DNA from: an uncultured delta proteobacterium | Lineage (GTDB): Bacteria; Desulfobacterota; Binatia; Bin18 | Reading direction: 5' to 3' | Assembly (NCBI GenBank): GCA_963733195.1 | Contig: CAVTCR010000017.1 | Location: forward strand, 32,001-96,000 | Length of the DNA stretch: 64,000 nucleotides | Translations under genes and position numbers: made by a program | Part shown: piece after piece, positions 39,936-49,013 of the stretch | Numbering within the stretch: position 1 is the stretch's first letter | How the letters are laid out: every line of letters begins with the position of its first letter | Notes under the pieces: generated by a model | Databases searched by the model: none | Told to the model about the DNA's origin: nothing | What the model saw: only the letters and a program-made list of their open reading frames with translations

Positions 39936-40673
39936 GTGACTACGGCACAGCTCATTCGCGTAGAGGACCTCACCAAAGTGTACCACCTGGGTGAGGTCGA
40001 AGTGCACGCGCTGCGCGGAGTAACGCTCTCGATTGCATCTGGAGAGTTCATCGCGGTCATGGGCGCTTCAGGATCGGGAAAGTCGACGTTCATGAATATC
40101 TTAGGCTGTCTCGATCGCCCGACATCTGGCCGCTATCTGCTTGATGGGAGCGATGTCTCGATGGTGAGCCCGGACGAGCGGGCTGAGATCCGTCGTACCA
40201 AGCTTGGATTTGTCTTCCAGAGTTTTAATTTGTTGTCACGAACCAGTGCAGTGGAGAATGTTGAGCTTCCACTCGTTTACAGTGCAGTTTCGCGGACAGA
40301 ACAGCGCGTGCGCGCCTTGCAGGCCTTACAAGCTGTAGGCCTCGCAGGACGTGAGCACCATCTTCCCAGCCAACTCTCAGGTGGACAACAACAACGCGTC
40401 GCGATCGCCCGTGCTTTGGTGAATACACCTGCTGTCATTTTGGCAGATGAACCAACCGGCAATCTTGATACCACAACTAGTGAGGAAGTCATGACGCTGT
40501 TTAGTGAACTAAACCGCCAAGGTATTACTGTTATCATCGTGACGCACGAGGCGGACATTGCTTCCTTCACTCGACGTCGTATCGTGTTTCGTGATGGAGT
40601 GATGATGACCGACGAACGGGTCGGGACGAATACTGCGACACAAGAAAAGAGCAATCCTCTGGCGAAGATGTGA
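39936..40673 (+). CDS. MacB/LolD-like ABC ATPase
   Basis: GASGSGKST, LSGGQQQRVAIARAL, ILADEPTGNLD, VTHE. Confidence 0.95.
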   Translation: MTTAQLIRVEDLTKVYHLGEVEVHALRGVTLSIASGEFIAVMGASGSGKSTFMNILGCLDRPTSGRYLLDGSDVSMVSPDERAEIRRTKLGFVFQSFNLLSRTSAVENVELPLVYSAVSRTEQRVRALQALQAVGLAGREHHLPSQLSGGQQQRVAIARALVNTPAVILADEPTGNLDTTTSEEVMTLFSELNRQGITVIIVTHEADIASFTRRRIVFRDGVMMTDERVGTNTATQEKSNPLAKM

Positions 40674-40681
40674 AGATCGCT

Positions 40682-40852
40682 CTAAACCAAAGAGCACGAC
40701 ATTCGGACGCTATACGATTCGACGTGACAGAGGTGTCATTCTGAGCGAGAGCGAAGAATCTCTCGAGAGACCCGTCTCGAGTTCACCCTGAGCCTCGTCA
40801 AAGGGTTCAGGGTGACGCATCCGATGTGCCATTCTCGTACTATCTGCTTTAG
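40682..40852. mobile_element. Putative MITE/REP-like element
   Basis: Degenerate 27-bp terminal inverted repeats (CTAAA...TTTAG, 19/27 by eye); internal GTCATTCTGAGCGAGAGCGAAGAATCTC and CACCCTGA...TCAGGGTG hairpin. Confidence 0.5.
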
Positions 40853-41099
40853 GGATACTGTTCAGTTACTGACGGCTTTGCTGAACGTTCTCAACGCGGA
40901 GCTGTGGTAATGTCATTCTCTTCAATTAGAAAAATGTAAGGCTGGGATAAGACCGCAGGCCGTTCCCAGCAACGCCCTGGCCAAGATTTTGCCGTGCACC
41001 TCGTGCCCGTGAGCTTGCTTGACACTGCACCAGTCGGCTGTAACTATGCCGCCGATATTTTTTCTTAGGAGCGCAATCGTGAGCTTGGCGCAAGTGTTT

Positions 41100-42290
41100 A
41101 TGGGTAAGAGTCACAAACTAACGAGTGAGCCGCTCCTTCCGCTTATTGCGGCGCAAGCAGCGAAGGCCGATGTAACGCGTAGTGTTGACCCAGATATAAT
41201 CAAGGCGATTAAACAGACTGACCTCATGCGCCTTTCAGCAACAGGGAATATCGGTGGAATAGAGGCAAGCATCGGTGCTATTGCCAAAGAGCTTGAAGCG
41301 ATTGCTGGATGTTGTGCTTCGACCGCTTGGTGTCTATGGAATCACCTTTGCGTGTTCCATTTTATCTGTGCCCAGCTTGGGCCAGCAGGCAGCGACACGC
41401 TGAAAAAGATCGTTGCCAACCGTGAGTGGGTGAGTTTTCCCGCTGGAGCAGGGACGAGTGTGCGTGGCCGTCGCAACGGAGACCATGTGATCATTGATGG
41501 TCGCGCGAGTTTTGCCTCTGGCTCACGTTACGGTGAATGGGCAGCGTGCCTCTTCGCTCTGGAACCTACTGATGGACAGAAAGCTGGGAAGCCGGACTTG
41601 CATTTTACCGTGGTTCGGACTGATGCTCCTGGTGTTTCCATTGATCCGACATGGTTTTCTATGAGCCTGCGTGCTTCGGCCACTGATCACATCAATTACA
41701 AAGGGGTTGCTGTGCCGATTACTTTGCTCCGACCTTTTCCCGTCGAGTTCCGTTATACCTTTCGTGATCCAGCATTTCCTGTGGTGGCACAGCGTTACCG
41801 CGAAGATTGGGTTGCTCTCTCCGTTCTATGGCTTGGCGCACAGGCGGTAGGGCTTAGCTCAGCGGCGCTTGATGAAGCCTGTACGGATCTCACTGGACGG
41901 GTAGCAATTTTCGGCGTGAAGGTTGCCGAACGTGCCGCTGTGCAACTACATATCGGCCAGGCTGCGGCGGCGATTTCTGCGGCACGCGCTGCTGTGTATA
42001 CAGGTTGTGCAGAAACAGATGCGCGCATCGAAGCGGGAATCACGCCGACAGAAGCCGACTATCTCCGACAGTTAAGTTACCCGATGGTTGCATTGCGCTT
42101 GTGTGATGAGGCAATGCGTTCGCTCTTACGAGTGCAAGGCGGGAACGGTCTTCGCGAGGGCGGGTCGTTCGAGCGCCGTTATCGCGACTTCCAGGCTATG
42201 CCTCTACACATTAATGCGCATCCTGACCGAGTGTCCGAGTTGATGGGGAAGTTTCTCCTCGGGCTCACCAATGACGCTCCGTTTCAATAA
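41100..42290 (+). CDS. Acyl-CoA dehydrogenase-fold flavin-dependent monooxygenase (HsaA-like)
   Basis: CCASTAWC, GRASFASGSRYGEW, TWFSMSLRASATD, FERRYRDFQAMPLH. Confidence 0.8.
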   Translation: MGKSHKLTSEPLLPLIAAQAAKADVTRSVDPDIIKAIKQTDLMRLSATGNIGGIEASIGAIAKELEAIAGCCASTAWCLWNHLCVFHFICAQLGPAGSDTLKKIVANREWVSFPAGAGTSVRGRRNGDHVIIDGRASFASGSRYGEWAACLFALEPTDGQKAGKPDLHFTVVRTDAPGVSIDPTWFSMSLRASATDHINYKGVAVPITLLRPFPVEFRYTFRDPAFPVVAQRYREDWVALSVLWLGAQAVGLSSAALDEACTDLTGRVAIFGVKVAERAAVQLHIGQAAAAISAARAAVYTGCAETDARIEAGITPTEADYLRQLSYPMVALRLCDEAMRSLLRVQGGNGLREGGSFERRYRDFQAMPLHINAHPDRVSELMGKFLLGLTNDAPFQ

Positions 42291-42309
42291 GTCTGAGCGC
42301 TGCTCCCGC

Positions 42310-42703
42310 TCATCCTTCCTGCGGCATCCAGGAAGTATGCATACTGACCAGTTGCCATGTATCAGCGAAATTACCAAAGGTACAACTGAAGCGGATGTAG
42401 AACGTTTTCCGCTCCAATCGCTTCGGTTCTACCTCCATCATGAGGCTTCCCCACACAAGGCCAATCGTCCCTATCACTTGGAAATGTGGGTCTAAGGGGA
42501 TGAGTCGGACGTAAGAATGGGTCGCAAAAAAATTCTGGAACAGAGAACGAAGCGCGGTTTTCCCTTCCACGTGCACAGGTGCGAGCACACCGAGGAAGAC
42601 CATATGCTCATGCGCGGCAGACATAACCGCTTCAAGGTCGCGGGCAGAATACGCTGCTATCACCTGCTCGAAGGCCGCTCTTTAAGATGTCAGTGCTGCG
42701 CAT
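42310..42703 (-). CDS. SnoaL/NTF2-like protein (probable 1-bp indel near start)
   Basis: GGGAG RBS + MRSTDIL joined to AAFEQVIAAYSARDL...WQLVSMHTS. Confidence 0.75.
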
Positions 42704-42846
42704 TCGGCTGTCTCCCTTTCCAGAAAGTTACGACAGAGCAGCATACTACTAAAGAATGAGGCAGGTCGGCAATGGTGGCCAAATTCGAGTTTTGCCGACG
42801 ATGACCATGCCCCGTGCCAGAAGAGGAACGGTGTGATGGGTCTCTT

Positions 42847-44172
42847 CTACAAGGTAAACGTGAAGTCCCTGACCAATGCTCCCGGGACCCGACTACTGCT
42901 CGTCGAGCGAGATCCATACGTACCGGAGTCAAGAATAAAGTCTCGCTCGCTCGTCAGTCCTTCGAGATTTTCTCCCAACATTCGATAGAGCGTTTCATCA
43001 AAGCGCATGACGTTGAGCGGAGCCTGAATGACGCCATGTTCTACCCAAAAAGTGGCAAAACGTGTCATGCCGGTAATACGACATGCCGGACGGTCTGAGT
43101 AATTGAGATACCAGAGATTATTGACGTAAATGCCAGTATCGAGCTGCTTAAGCACATCCTGTGAAGCAAGATTCCCCGCGGCGATATCGATCGATTCAGG
43201 CATTTCGCCGTCTCCGGCACCATTGGTAGGCACTGCGTATTCTTTGGCCGAACGTGGGGACACCAGACAGTTACGGAACCCCCCTTTTTCAATCAATACG
43301 ACACGGTCTGGTTTCAAGAATCCCGCGTCTTGAAAATTCGGCGCAACACCGTCTTGCGTATTCTCGGCAAGGTTAAGCATCGGATGCAGCTGTGCTTTTC
43401 CTTCTGCCATCCTGAGCAACGTCGTCTGTTTCGTCCGATGATCTTTGAGACCAAAACCACCCCAGTTCAACAGTCCAATAATTTCTGCAAAAGCGGCGGG
43501 CGCGAGATACACTCGGTAGCGTCCCGGTGCAATTGTACGCGGCGATCGCGCCAAGACAGTGAGTTCTTCACTGGCTAACTCTACCTTTCGAGAGAATTCT
43601 GTTGGGGCCCAGACAAAACCAGCGTAGCCAGTCTTCACGGCTTTATCACCCTGCAAATAAAAGCTCCAATCAAAATTATAGCTGTAACTGGAAAACCAGT
43701 TGCGCTGACCAAAGGAATTAGCAAACCCGTTGTGAATACCTCCGGCAGCGTAGATACCAACCAGGTCACGCCCACGACCCGTCTCGAGAATCGTAGCGAC
43801 AATTGCCGTGCTATCCTCGGGAAGTTGGTTTTTACCATGATGCTCACTTGAATGAACCTCAGTCGCATACAATAAGTGCGGATCGTCTGGTAGATGTGGA
43901 AGCTTCTCTCGCGCACTCGCCAGCACCTGCGTAACCCGCGCTTGATCAAGGTCGATATCGCCTGACAACGAGATCGTACCCTCGCTGTGACGCTGTCCCT
44001 TAATAAGGTCGAGTTCGAGATATCGCTGAGAGACTGTTCCAGCTTGGCGGACTGCGCTGTGGTTAAAACGAACGAAATCCGAATCTTCAGCAGAAAAACT
44101 ACAGGTATAGATTTCATCCGCATGGAGAAGGGACGAGAGGTAATCAGCAATGTGGTAGAAGTATTCCTGCAT
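42847..44172 (-). CDS. TldE/PmbA-family protein
   Basis: PGRYRVYLAPAA, LWYLNYSD, ITGMTRFATFWVEHG, NVMRFDE; paired with TldD. Confidence 0.88.
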   Translation of the reverse strand: MQEYFYHIADYLSSLLHADEIYTCSFSAEDSDFVRFNHSAVRQAGTVSQRYLELDLIKGQRHSEGTISLSGDIDLDQARVTQVLASAREKLPHLPDDPHLLYATEVHSSEHHGKNQLPEDSTAIVATILETGRGRDLVGIYAAGGIHNGFANSFGQRNWFSSYSYNFDWSFYLQGDKAVKTGYAGFVWAPTEFSRKVELASEELTVLARSPRTIAPGRYRVYLAPAAFAEIIGLLNWGGFGLKDHRTKQTTLLRMAEGKAQLHPMLNLAENTQDGVAPNFQDAGFLKPDRVVLIEKGGFRNCLVSPRSAKEYAVPTNGAGDGEMPESIDIAAGNLASQDVLKQLDTGIYVNNLWYLNYSDRPACRITGMTRFATFWVEHGVIQAPLNVMRFDETLYRMLGENLEGLTSERDFILDSGTYGSRSTSSSRVPGALVRDFTFTL

Positions 44173-44176
44173 GGTG

Positions 44177-45610
44177 TCACTCTCCGCCGAATACTTCTAC
44201 CTCAGCGAAAAGGCAGGGCGGTGAAGCATGTCCTACGCGAATGACTTGATTGGGTTCGCCTTTCCCACAATACGGTGATCCGAGCATCTCTACGGTCTCC
44301 GGCATTCCGACCATCTTCAAGCTACGCCAAAACGTGGCAGACACGCCACGATAGTTTGGATTCTTGACCACGGTGGTGAGCTTACCATTCTCGATACGTT
44401 GTCCCCATTCACAGCCGAACTGGAACTTATTACGTGAGTCATCAATCGACCACGAGCAGTTTGTTTGCATGTATATCCCCTTCTCAATCGCAGCGACCAT
44501 ATCAGCAAACCGCGCTGTCCCAGGTTCCAAGTTAAGGTTCGCCATCCGGTCAATCGGCGGACGGTTCCAACTAGTAGCTCGTGCATTGGCAACGCCAGAC
44601 AGCCCAGTCCGTGCTTGCGATGTAATACCTCCCAACCCACGGAGAAGAATCCCGTTGCGGATGAGGTGCTCACGTTGCGCAGGCTGTCCATCATCATCAA
44701 AACCATAACTGGCAAACTCTTGGGAACGAGTGGGATCGAACGTGATATTGAGAAGGTCTGAACCGTAGCGATACGAACCGAACATCTCTGGAGTGACGAA
44801 ACTCGTCCCTGCGTAGTTACGCTCGTCTCCGAGAATACGGTCCAATTCTAACGGATGTCCAATCGACTCATGAATCTGCAAGATCATCTGGTCTGGCGCG
44901 AGGAGGACGTCTTGTGTTCCTGACGGACAATTCGGAGCGAGGAGTAATTGCAGTGTCTCATCAGCGATGCGCGGCGCGGCATTGAAGAACCCGCTGTGGT
45001 CAAGAATTTCTAATCCCCCTTGGCGACAGTAGCCACGCCCGGCAAATGTCCGACTCTGCGTTTCCGTTCCCGCGTTAGCGGTTGCACTCAGCATCGGCAC
45101 GAGATAGCGGAAGTGTTGCTGAACTTGGCCGCCATCTGCCGTCACGAAAATCGTATCACTCTCTGTGTACCAGAGCGAAGCGTCCCAATCGACAATACGA
45201 TCATCAGTCTTCAATCGTAGGTTCTCAGCGCGGAGCAGATCGATCTTTTCTGCGAGCGGTACGCTGTTCCATGCTTTCTGTACTGGACTCGTATACTCGC
45301 CAACAGGACGAGGAAACGGAACTGTAGAAAAATTCACGACGCTACGGCCAGCACTCGAACGTGCCCAGGAAAGCGCATGCTCGGCTGCACGTCGCAGACC
45401 CGCTACGGTCAAATCGCTTGTCGCGGCATAGCCCATACCGCCCTCATTAACAACGGTGATCATGGCGCCTATATCTTCTGATGTAGACACCGGTTGGAGG
45501 ATATGTTGTCGCACGGACAGATATTCCGAGCGAGCGTGAACGAGCCGTAATGAACAGAATTCAACATGAGGAACAATCGAGCGAAAATTTTCAATAACGC
45601 GTTCGTGCAT
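44177..45610 (-). CDS. tldD: TldD-family metalloprotease
   Basis: LQIHESIGHPLELDRI (HExxxH), WSIDDSRNKFQF, CGKGEP.Q...VGH. Confidence 0.9.
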   Translation of the reverse strand: MHERVIENFRSIVPHVEFCSLRLVHARSEYLSVRQHILQPVSTSEDIGAMITVVNEGGMGYAATSDLTVAGLRRAAEHALSWARSSAGRSVVNFSTVPFPRPVGEYTSPVQKAWNSVPLAEKIDLLRAENLRLKTDDRIVDWDASLWYTESDTIFVTADGGQVQQHFRYLVPMLSATANAGTETQSRTFAGRGYCRQGGLEILDHSGFFNAAPRIADETLQLLLAPNCPSGTQDVLLAPDQMILQIHESIGHPLELDRILGDERNYAGTSFVTPEMFGSYRYGSDLLNITFDPTRSQEFASYGFDDDGQPAQREHLIRNGILLRGLGGITSQARTGLSGVANARATSWNRPPIDRMANLNLEPGTARFADMVAAIEKGIYMQTNCSWSIDDSRNKFQFGCEWGQRIENGKLTTVVKNPNYRGVSATFWRSLKMVGMPETVEMLGSPYCGKGEPNQVIRVGHASPPCLFAEVEVFGGE

Positions 45611-45685
45611 GAGAAAACCTTATAGCGACTTGCGGTTCAAACAGTAATTGCTAACACTGTAGGCGTATAAACATTACCGCGCAGC

Positions 45686-46042
45686 TTATCCATCTTTCTT
45701 CTCTGTATTCAAAATAACCTCGTGAATTTCGAGGACATTCGGGCCAGCGAACATTTCTGCTGGCGGGCGGTTGCTATGGGCAATGCGAAAGGATTCGCTC
45801 TTAGTCCAGTCCCAGAATGCTTGCTCACTTTCCCAATACGTTTGTACGAGATAATACCCTTGCTCGGTCTTTTCCTCCCACTGTCCAGTCTGGTGGTTGA
45901 AGCGGCGCTGGACAGGGCGTAAGACCAAGTTCTTGATGAAGCCCGGCGATCGGTCAATAAGATGAGCGCGATGACGAAAACGATCTTCAAACTCTGCCTC
46001 ATGGCCAGAGGCAACAGGAATGCGATTAGTAACAATAAACAC
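45686..46042 (-). CDS. ABM-domain protein (IsdG-like monooxygenase)
   Basis: FIVTNRIPV, FEDRFRHR, PGF, TYWESEQAFWDWTKSESFRIAH; AGGAGG before GTG 46042. Confidence 0.85.
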   Translation of the reverse strand: MFIVTNRIPVASGHEAEFEDRFRHRAHLIDRSPGFIKNLVLRPVQRRFNHQTGQWEEKTEQGYYLVQTYWESEQAFWDWTKSESFRIAHSNRPPAEMFAGPNVLEIHEVILNTEKKDG

Positions 46043-46161
46043 GGTTAGACCTCCTATCGAAGAAAGGTGTCCTTCAACGGATAGATGGAATCGTGCCAGC
46101 AGACAAGTTCCCTGTAGTGAAAAGGACGGCTGCATTTTGTACCCCTGAGAGAGGATGTGTC

Positions 46162-47028
46162 ATGAAAATGTACCGGAAGCGTTCATGTCTTGGTTTGTGT
46201 CTAATTGTTTTTCTTTCGTGTGTTGGGCCAGCTTGGGGGGATGCTGCGAGTGAGGCATATGATGAAGGGGCGCGCCTGTTGCGTGAAGGCCAGCACCAAA
46301 ACGCTATTCCTGCGTTCGATAAAGCCTTACGCCTCAATCCCCGTTATACCGAAGCGTACAACGCACGTGGCGTGACCTTCAACGAGCTTGCGCAGTACGA
46401 ACGCGCGCTCAAAGATTACGATGCTGCTCTTAGTCTGAACCCCCAATATGCTGAAGCGTACTTCAATCGCGCTAATGCCTATAATGACCTGGGACAGGCG
46501 GAGCGGGCAATAAAAGACTATGACGAAGCGCTACGCCTCGATCAAAACTACCTGGGGGCCTACTATAACCGCGCATTGGCACATATGTCGTTACGGCACG
46601 GTGAGGCCGGGGCAGACGCGCGTGCTTACCTGAAACTGAAAGGCTGGAAAGACGAGAACAGCAGAGATCAGTACATGGTGTTATTTGCTCATTTTAGTGA
46701 TCGCTGGGCAAAACGTGACACCGAAGCACGCCTGATCCTTGACGAAGCCGCGAGCAAATGTGACACGACGAAATGGCCCTACCCAATTATCCGTTATTTA
46801 CGACGTGAGATAACAGCCCAGGACTTGCTTGCTGCGGCCACCGACTTAGATAAGAAAACTGAAGCCCGGACCTATTTAGGGCTCGATCTCCTGCTGGTTG
46901 GCAATCGTGCTGACGGGCTCACGCATCTTGAATGGGTCAAGGAGAACGGCAAGAAAGCGTTTGCCGAATATGGCTTTGCGGTGAGCGAGCTTCGTCGCGC
47001 TGGAGCCGGAGATGCTGCGAAGCCGTGA
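46162..47028 (+). CDS. Exported TPR protein with NlpI-like C-terminus
   Basis: Signal peptide, about 4 canonical TPRs (AYNARG, AYFNRA, AYYNRA), WPYPIIRYL...TEARTYLG...AEYGFAVSEL. Confidence 0.85.
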   Translation: MKMYRKRSCLGLCLIVFLSCVGPAWGDAASEAYDEGARLLREGQHQNAIPAFDKALRLNPRYTEAYNARGVTFNELAQYERALKDYDAALSLNPQYAEAYFNRANAYNDLGQAERAIKDYDEALRLDQNYLGAYYNRALAHMSLRHGEAGADARAYLKLKGWKDENSRDQYMVLFAHFSDRWAKRDTEARLILDEAASKCDTTKWPYPIIRYLRREITAQDLLAAATDLDKKTEARTYLGLDLLLVGNRADGLTHLEWVKENGKKAFAEYGFAVSELRRAGAGDAAKP

Positions 47029-47127
47029 CCGTAATAGCAAAGAACACATCGCAGCGATGGCTTGAGTGCTTCTCCTAAAGAATGATAGAAAAAGCTATTG
47101 TTTGCTGTTTCATAAGGAGGAAAGCCG

Positions 47128-48279
47128 ATGACATCGAACGGGCGGTTTCCGTACGCTGGTGCAATCGACGCGGACGGTCACATTCTCGAACCACCGGACC
47201 TGTGGGAAAAATACATCGACCCGCAGTATCGCGACCTAGCTATTCGCGTCCGCAAAAACCACGAAGGCCTTGAAGTGATCGAAGTAGGCGGTGCGCCAGC
47301 CAAATATTTCAAACCCGGGCAATTAGCTCAGTCTGGAGCCATGGGGAAGCGGGGGAAAGACCTCTTACCCAGCCCAGAGAAAACTTATGTCAACCAAGCC
47401 CCGTTCGGGTCGATGGACCCTAAGGAACGCCTTGCTCGTATGGATCAAGAGGGTTTGGAGAAAGCCATCATCTACCCTAGCCTTGGGTTGCTCTGGGAAG
47501 CCGAAGACATCGACGATTTTGCACTTCAGGCTGCTTATGCACGCGCGTACAATCGTTGGGTAGTTGATTTCTGTGCCAACTCTGGTGGTCGTCTTGTTCC
47601 TGTAGCACATATTTCTTTTGGTGATCCTGCTGAGGCTGCGCGAGAACTAGAGCGTTCAGTGAAGGCTGGATGTCGAGGGGCCTTCTTCGTGCCTTTCACA
47701 CCGACCTACCAATCGCATGCGCATCCTGATTACGATGCGTTCTGGGCGAAAGCGCAAGAGTATGACGTGCCTGTTGGTATTCATCCGAGTGGAGAACCAC
47801 CAGCAAAGCGTGTTCACCAACGCTTTCGAGAGATGAAGTGGGCAACCTGGCACCACAATGTTCACGGTGCGCAAGGTCCTTTGCAGGCGTTTACTGCGAT
47901 GTTTCAATACGGACTGTTCGATCGCTTCCCCACAGTCAAAGTGATCGTGTTAGAGTCCGGCGCAGGGTGGGCTGGTTATCTGCTGAATCGCATGGATGCT
48001 GTGTATGACAGTGCGTTAGGGGAAACCGTCCGGCTCAAAGAGAAGCCGAGCTATTATTTCCACCGGCAGTGTTGGATCTCTGGCGACCCAGACGAAAAAG
48101 CCTTTGGCCACGTTGTGGACTTTGTGGGAGCGGACAAGTTCTTTTGGGCCTCAGACTTTCCGCATTTTGATCATCCGGGAAACTATATGGATGAGCTGAA
48201 AGAGTTGGTAGAACCGATGTCAGCTTCGACCCGGCAGAAGGTCATTGGCGAGAATGTGGCGCGGGTGTACGGGTTGTAG
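47128..48279 (+). CDS. Amidohydrolase_2 family protein
   Basis: IDADGHILEPPDLW, IYPSLGL, AYNRW, GIHP, LESGAGW, WASDFPHFD. Confidence 0.92.
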   Translation: MTSNGRFPYAGAIDADGHILEPPDLWEKYIDPQYRDLAIRVRKNHEGLEVIEVGGAPAKYFKPGQLAQSGAMGKRGKDLLPSPEKTYVNQAPFGSMDPKERLARMDQEGLEKAIIYPSLGLLWEAEDIDDFALQAAYARAYNRWVVDFCANSGGRLVPVAHISFGDPAEAARELERSVKAGCRGAFFVPFTPTYQSHAHPDYDAFWAKAQEYDVPVGIHPSGEPPAKRVHQRFREMKWATWHHNVHGAQGPLQAFTAMFQYGLFDRFPTVKVIVLESGAGWAGYLLNRMDAVYDSALGETVRLKEKPSYYFHRQCWISGDPDEKAFGHVVDFVGADKFFWASDFPHFDHPGNYMDELKELVEPMSASTRQKVIGENVARVYGL

Positions 48280-48311
48280 AGCGATCTTCGTTGTGCTCAT
48301 TCGCGAGATTA

Positions 48312-48376
48312 CCCTCACCTTATCTCTCTCCCTTGAGGGAGAGGGATAAGGCCGCGAGAGCGGATGTGGGTGAGGG
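48312..48376. repeat. REP-like composite palindrome between convergent genes
   Basis: CCCTCACC...CTCTCCCTTGAGGGAGAG...GGTGAGGG nested inverted repeats. Confidence 0.6.
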
Positions 48377-48417
48377 TGAAAGTGGATGTTACGAGAACAG
48401 ATATAGCAGGAACGCTG

Positions 48418-48969
48418 TCAGAATCCCTTCACTCCTTTATCTAATTGTACCCCAAATGTGTTCAGCGCCATCGACACCAGATTGTATTGACCGACCGCAA
48501 ACACAACGTCCATGAGCTGTTCGGTGCTGTAGCGCTCACCCAATGCGGCCCAGGTTTTATCACTGATAAACGCGTCTTTGTGTAACTCGTCAACTGCACG
48601 TAATAGTGCGGCATCGAACGGCGCCCAACCGGGAGCATCCGGTCCTTCTTTGATCCGTGCGATCTCAGTGTCAGTCAGTCCGGCAGCTTTGCCGAATATC
48701 ACATGTTGTCCCCATTCATATTCTGCCTGACACAGCCAACCAATACGCAGAATGAGAATTTCTCGTTCCCGGGGTACTAACTTTGAGGTGTCGCCCATCA
48801 CATGGTAAGCCCAGACACCGAACTTTTTCGAGGCTTCCCAATGTCGGGACAGTGTCCCTAAGACGTTATACACCCGCCCTTCTTTATGGACGGGCTCAAG
48901 CACTTTGCGTTGTTCGTCTGTCCATTCTGCTTCGGTCAGTGGCGTAATACGTGGTTGCGATAGTTTCAT
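48418..48969 (-). CDS. Carboxymuconolactone decarboxylase/AhpD-family protein
   Basis: PREREILILRIGWLCQAEYEWGQH, LLRAVDELH, VGQYNLVSMALN; start ATG 48969. Confidence 0.88.
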   Translation of the reverse strand: MKLSQPRITPLTEAEWTDEQRKVLEPVHKEGRVYNVLGTLSRHWEASKKFGVWAYHVMGDTSKLVPREREILILRIGWLCQAEYEWGQHVIFGKAAGLTDTEIARIKEGPDAPGWAPFDAALLRAVDELHKDAFISDKTWAALGERYSTEQLMDVVFAVGQYNLVSMALNTFGVQLDKGVKGF

Positions 48970-49013
48970 TTGATCCCTCCTTGGAGTCGCTGTATACAAA
49001 AACTAGCCAGGGA

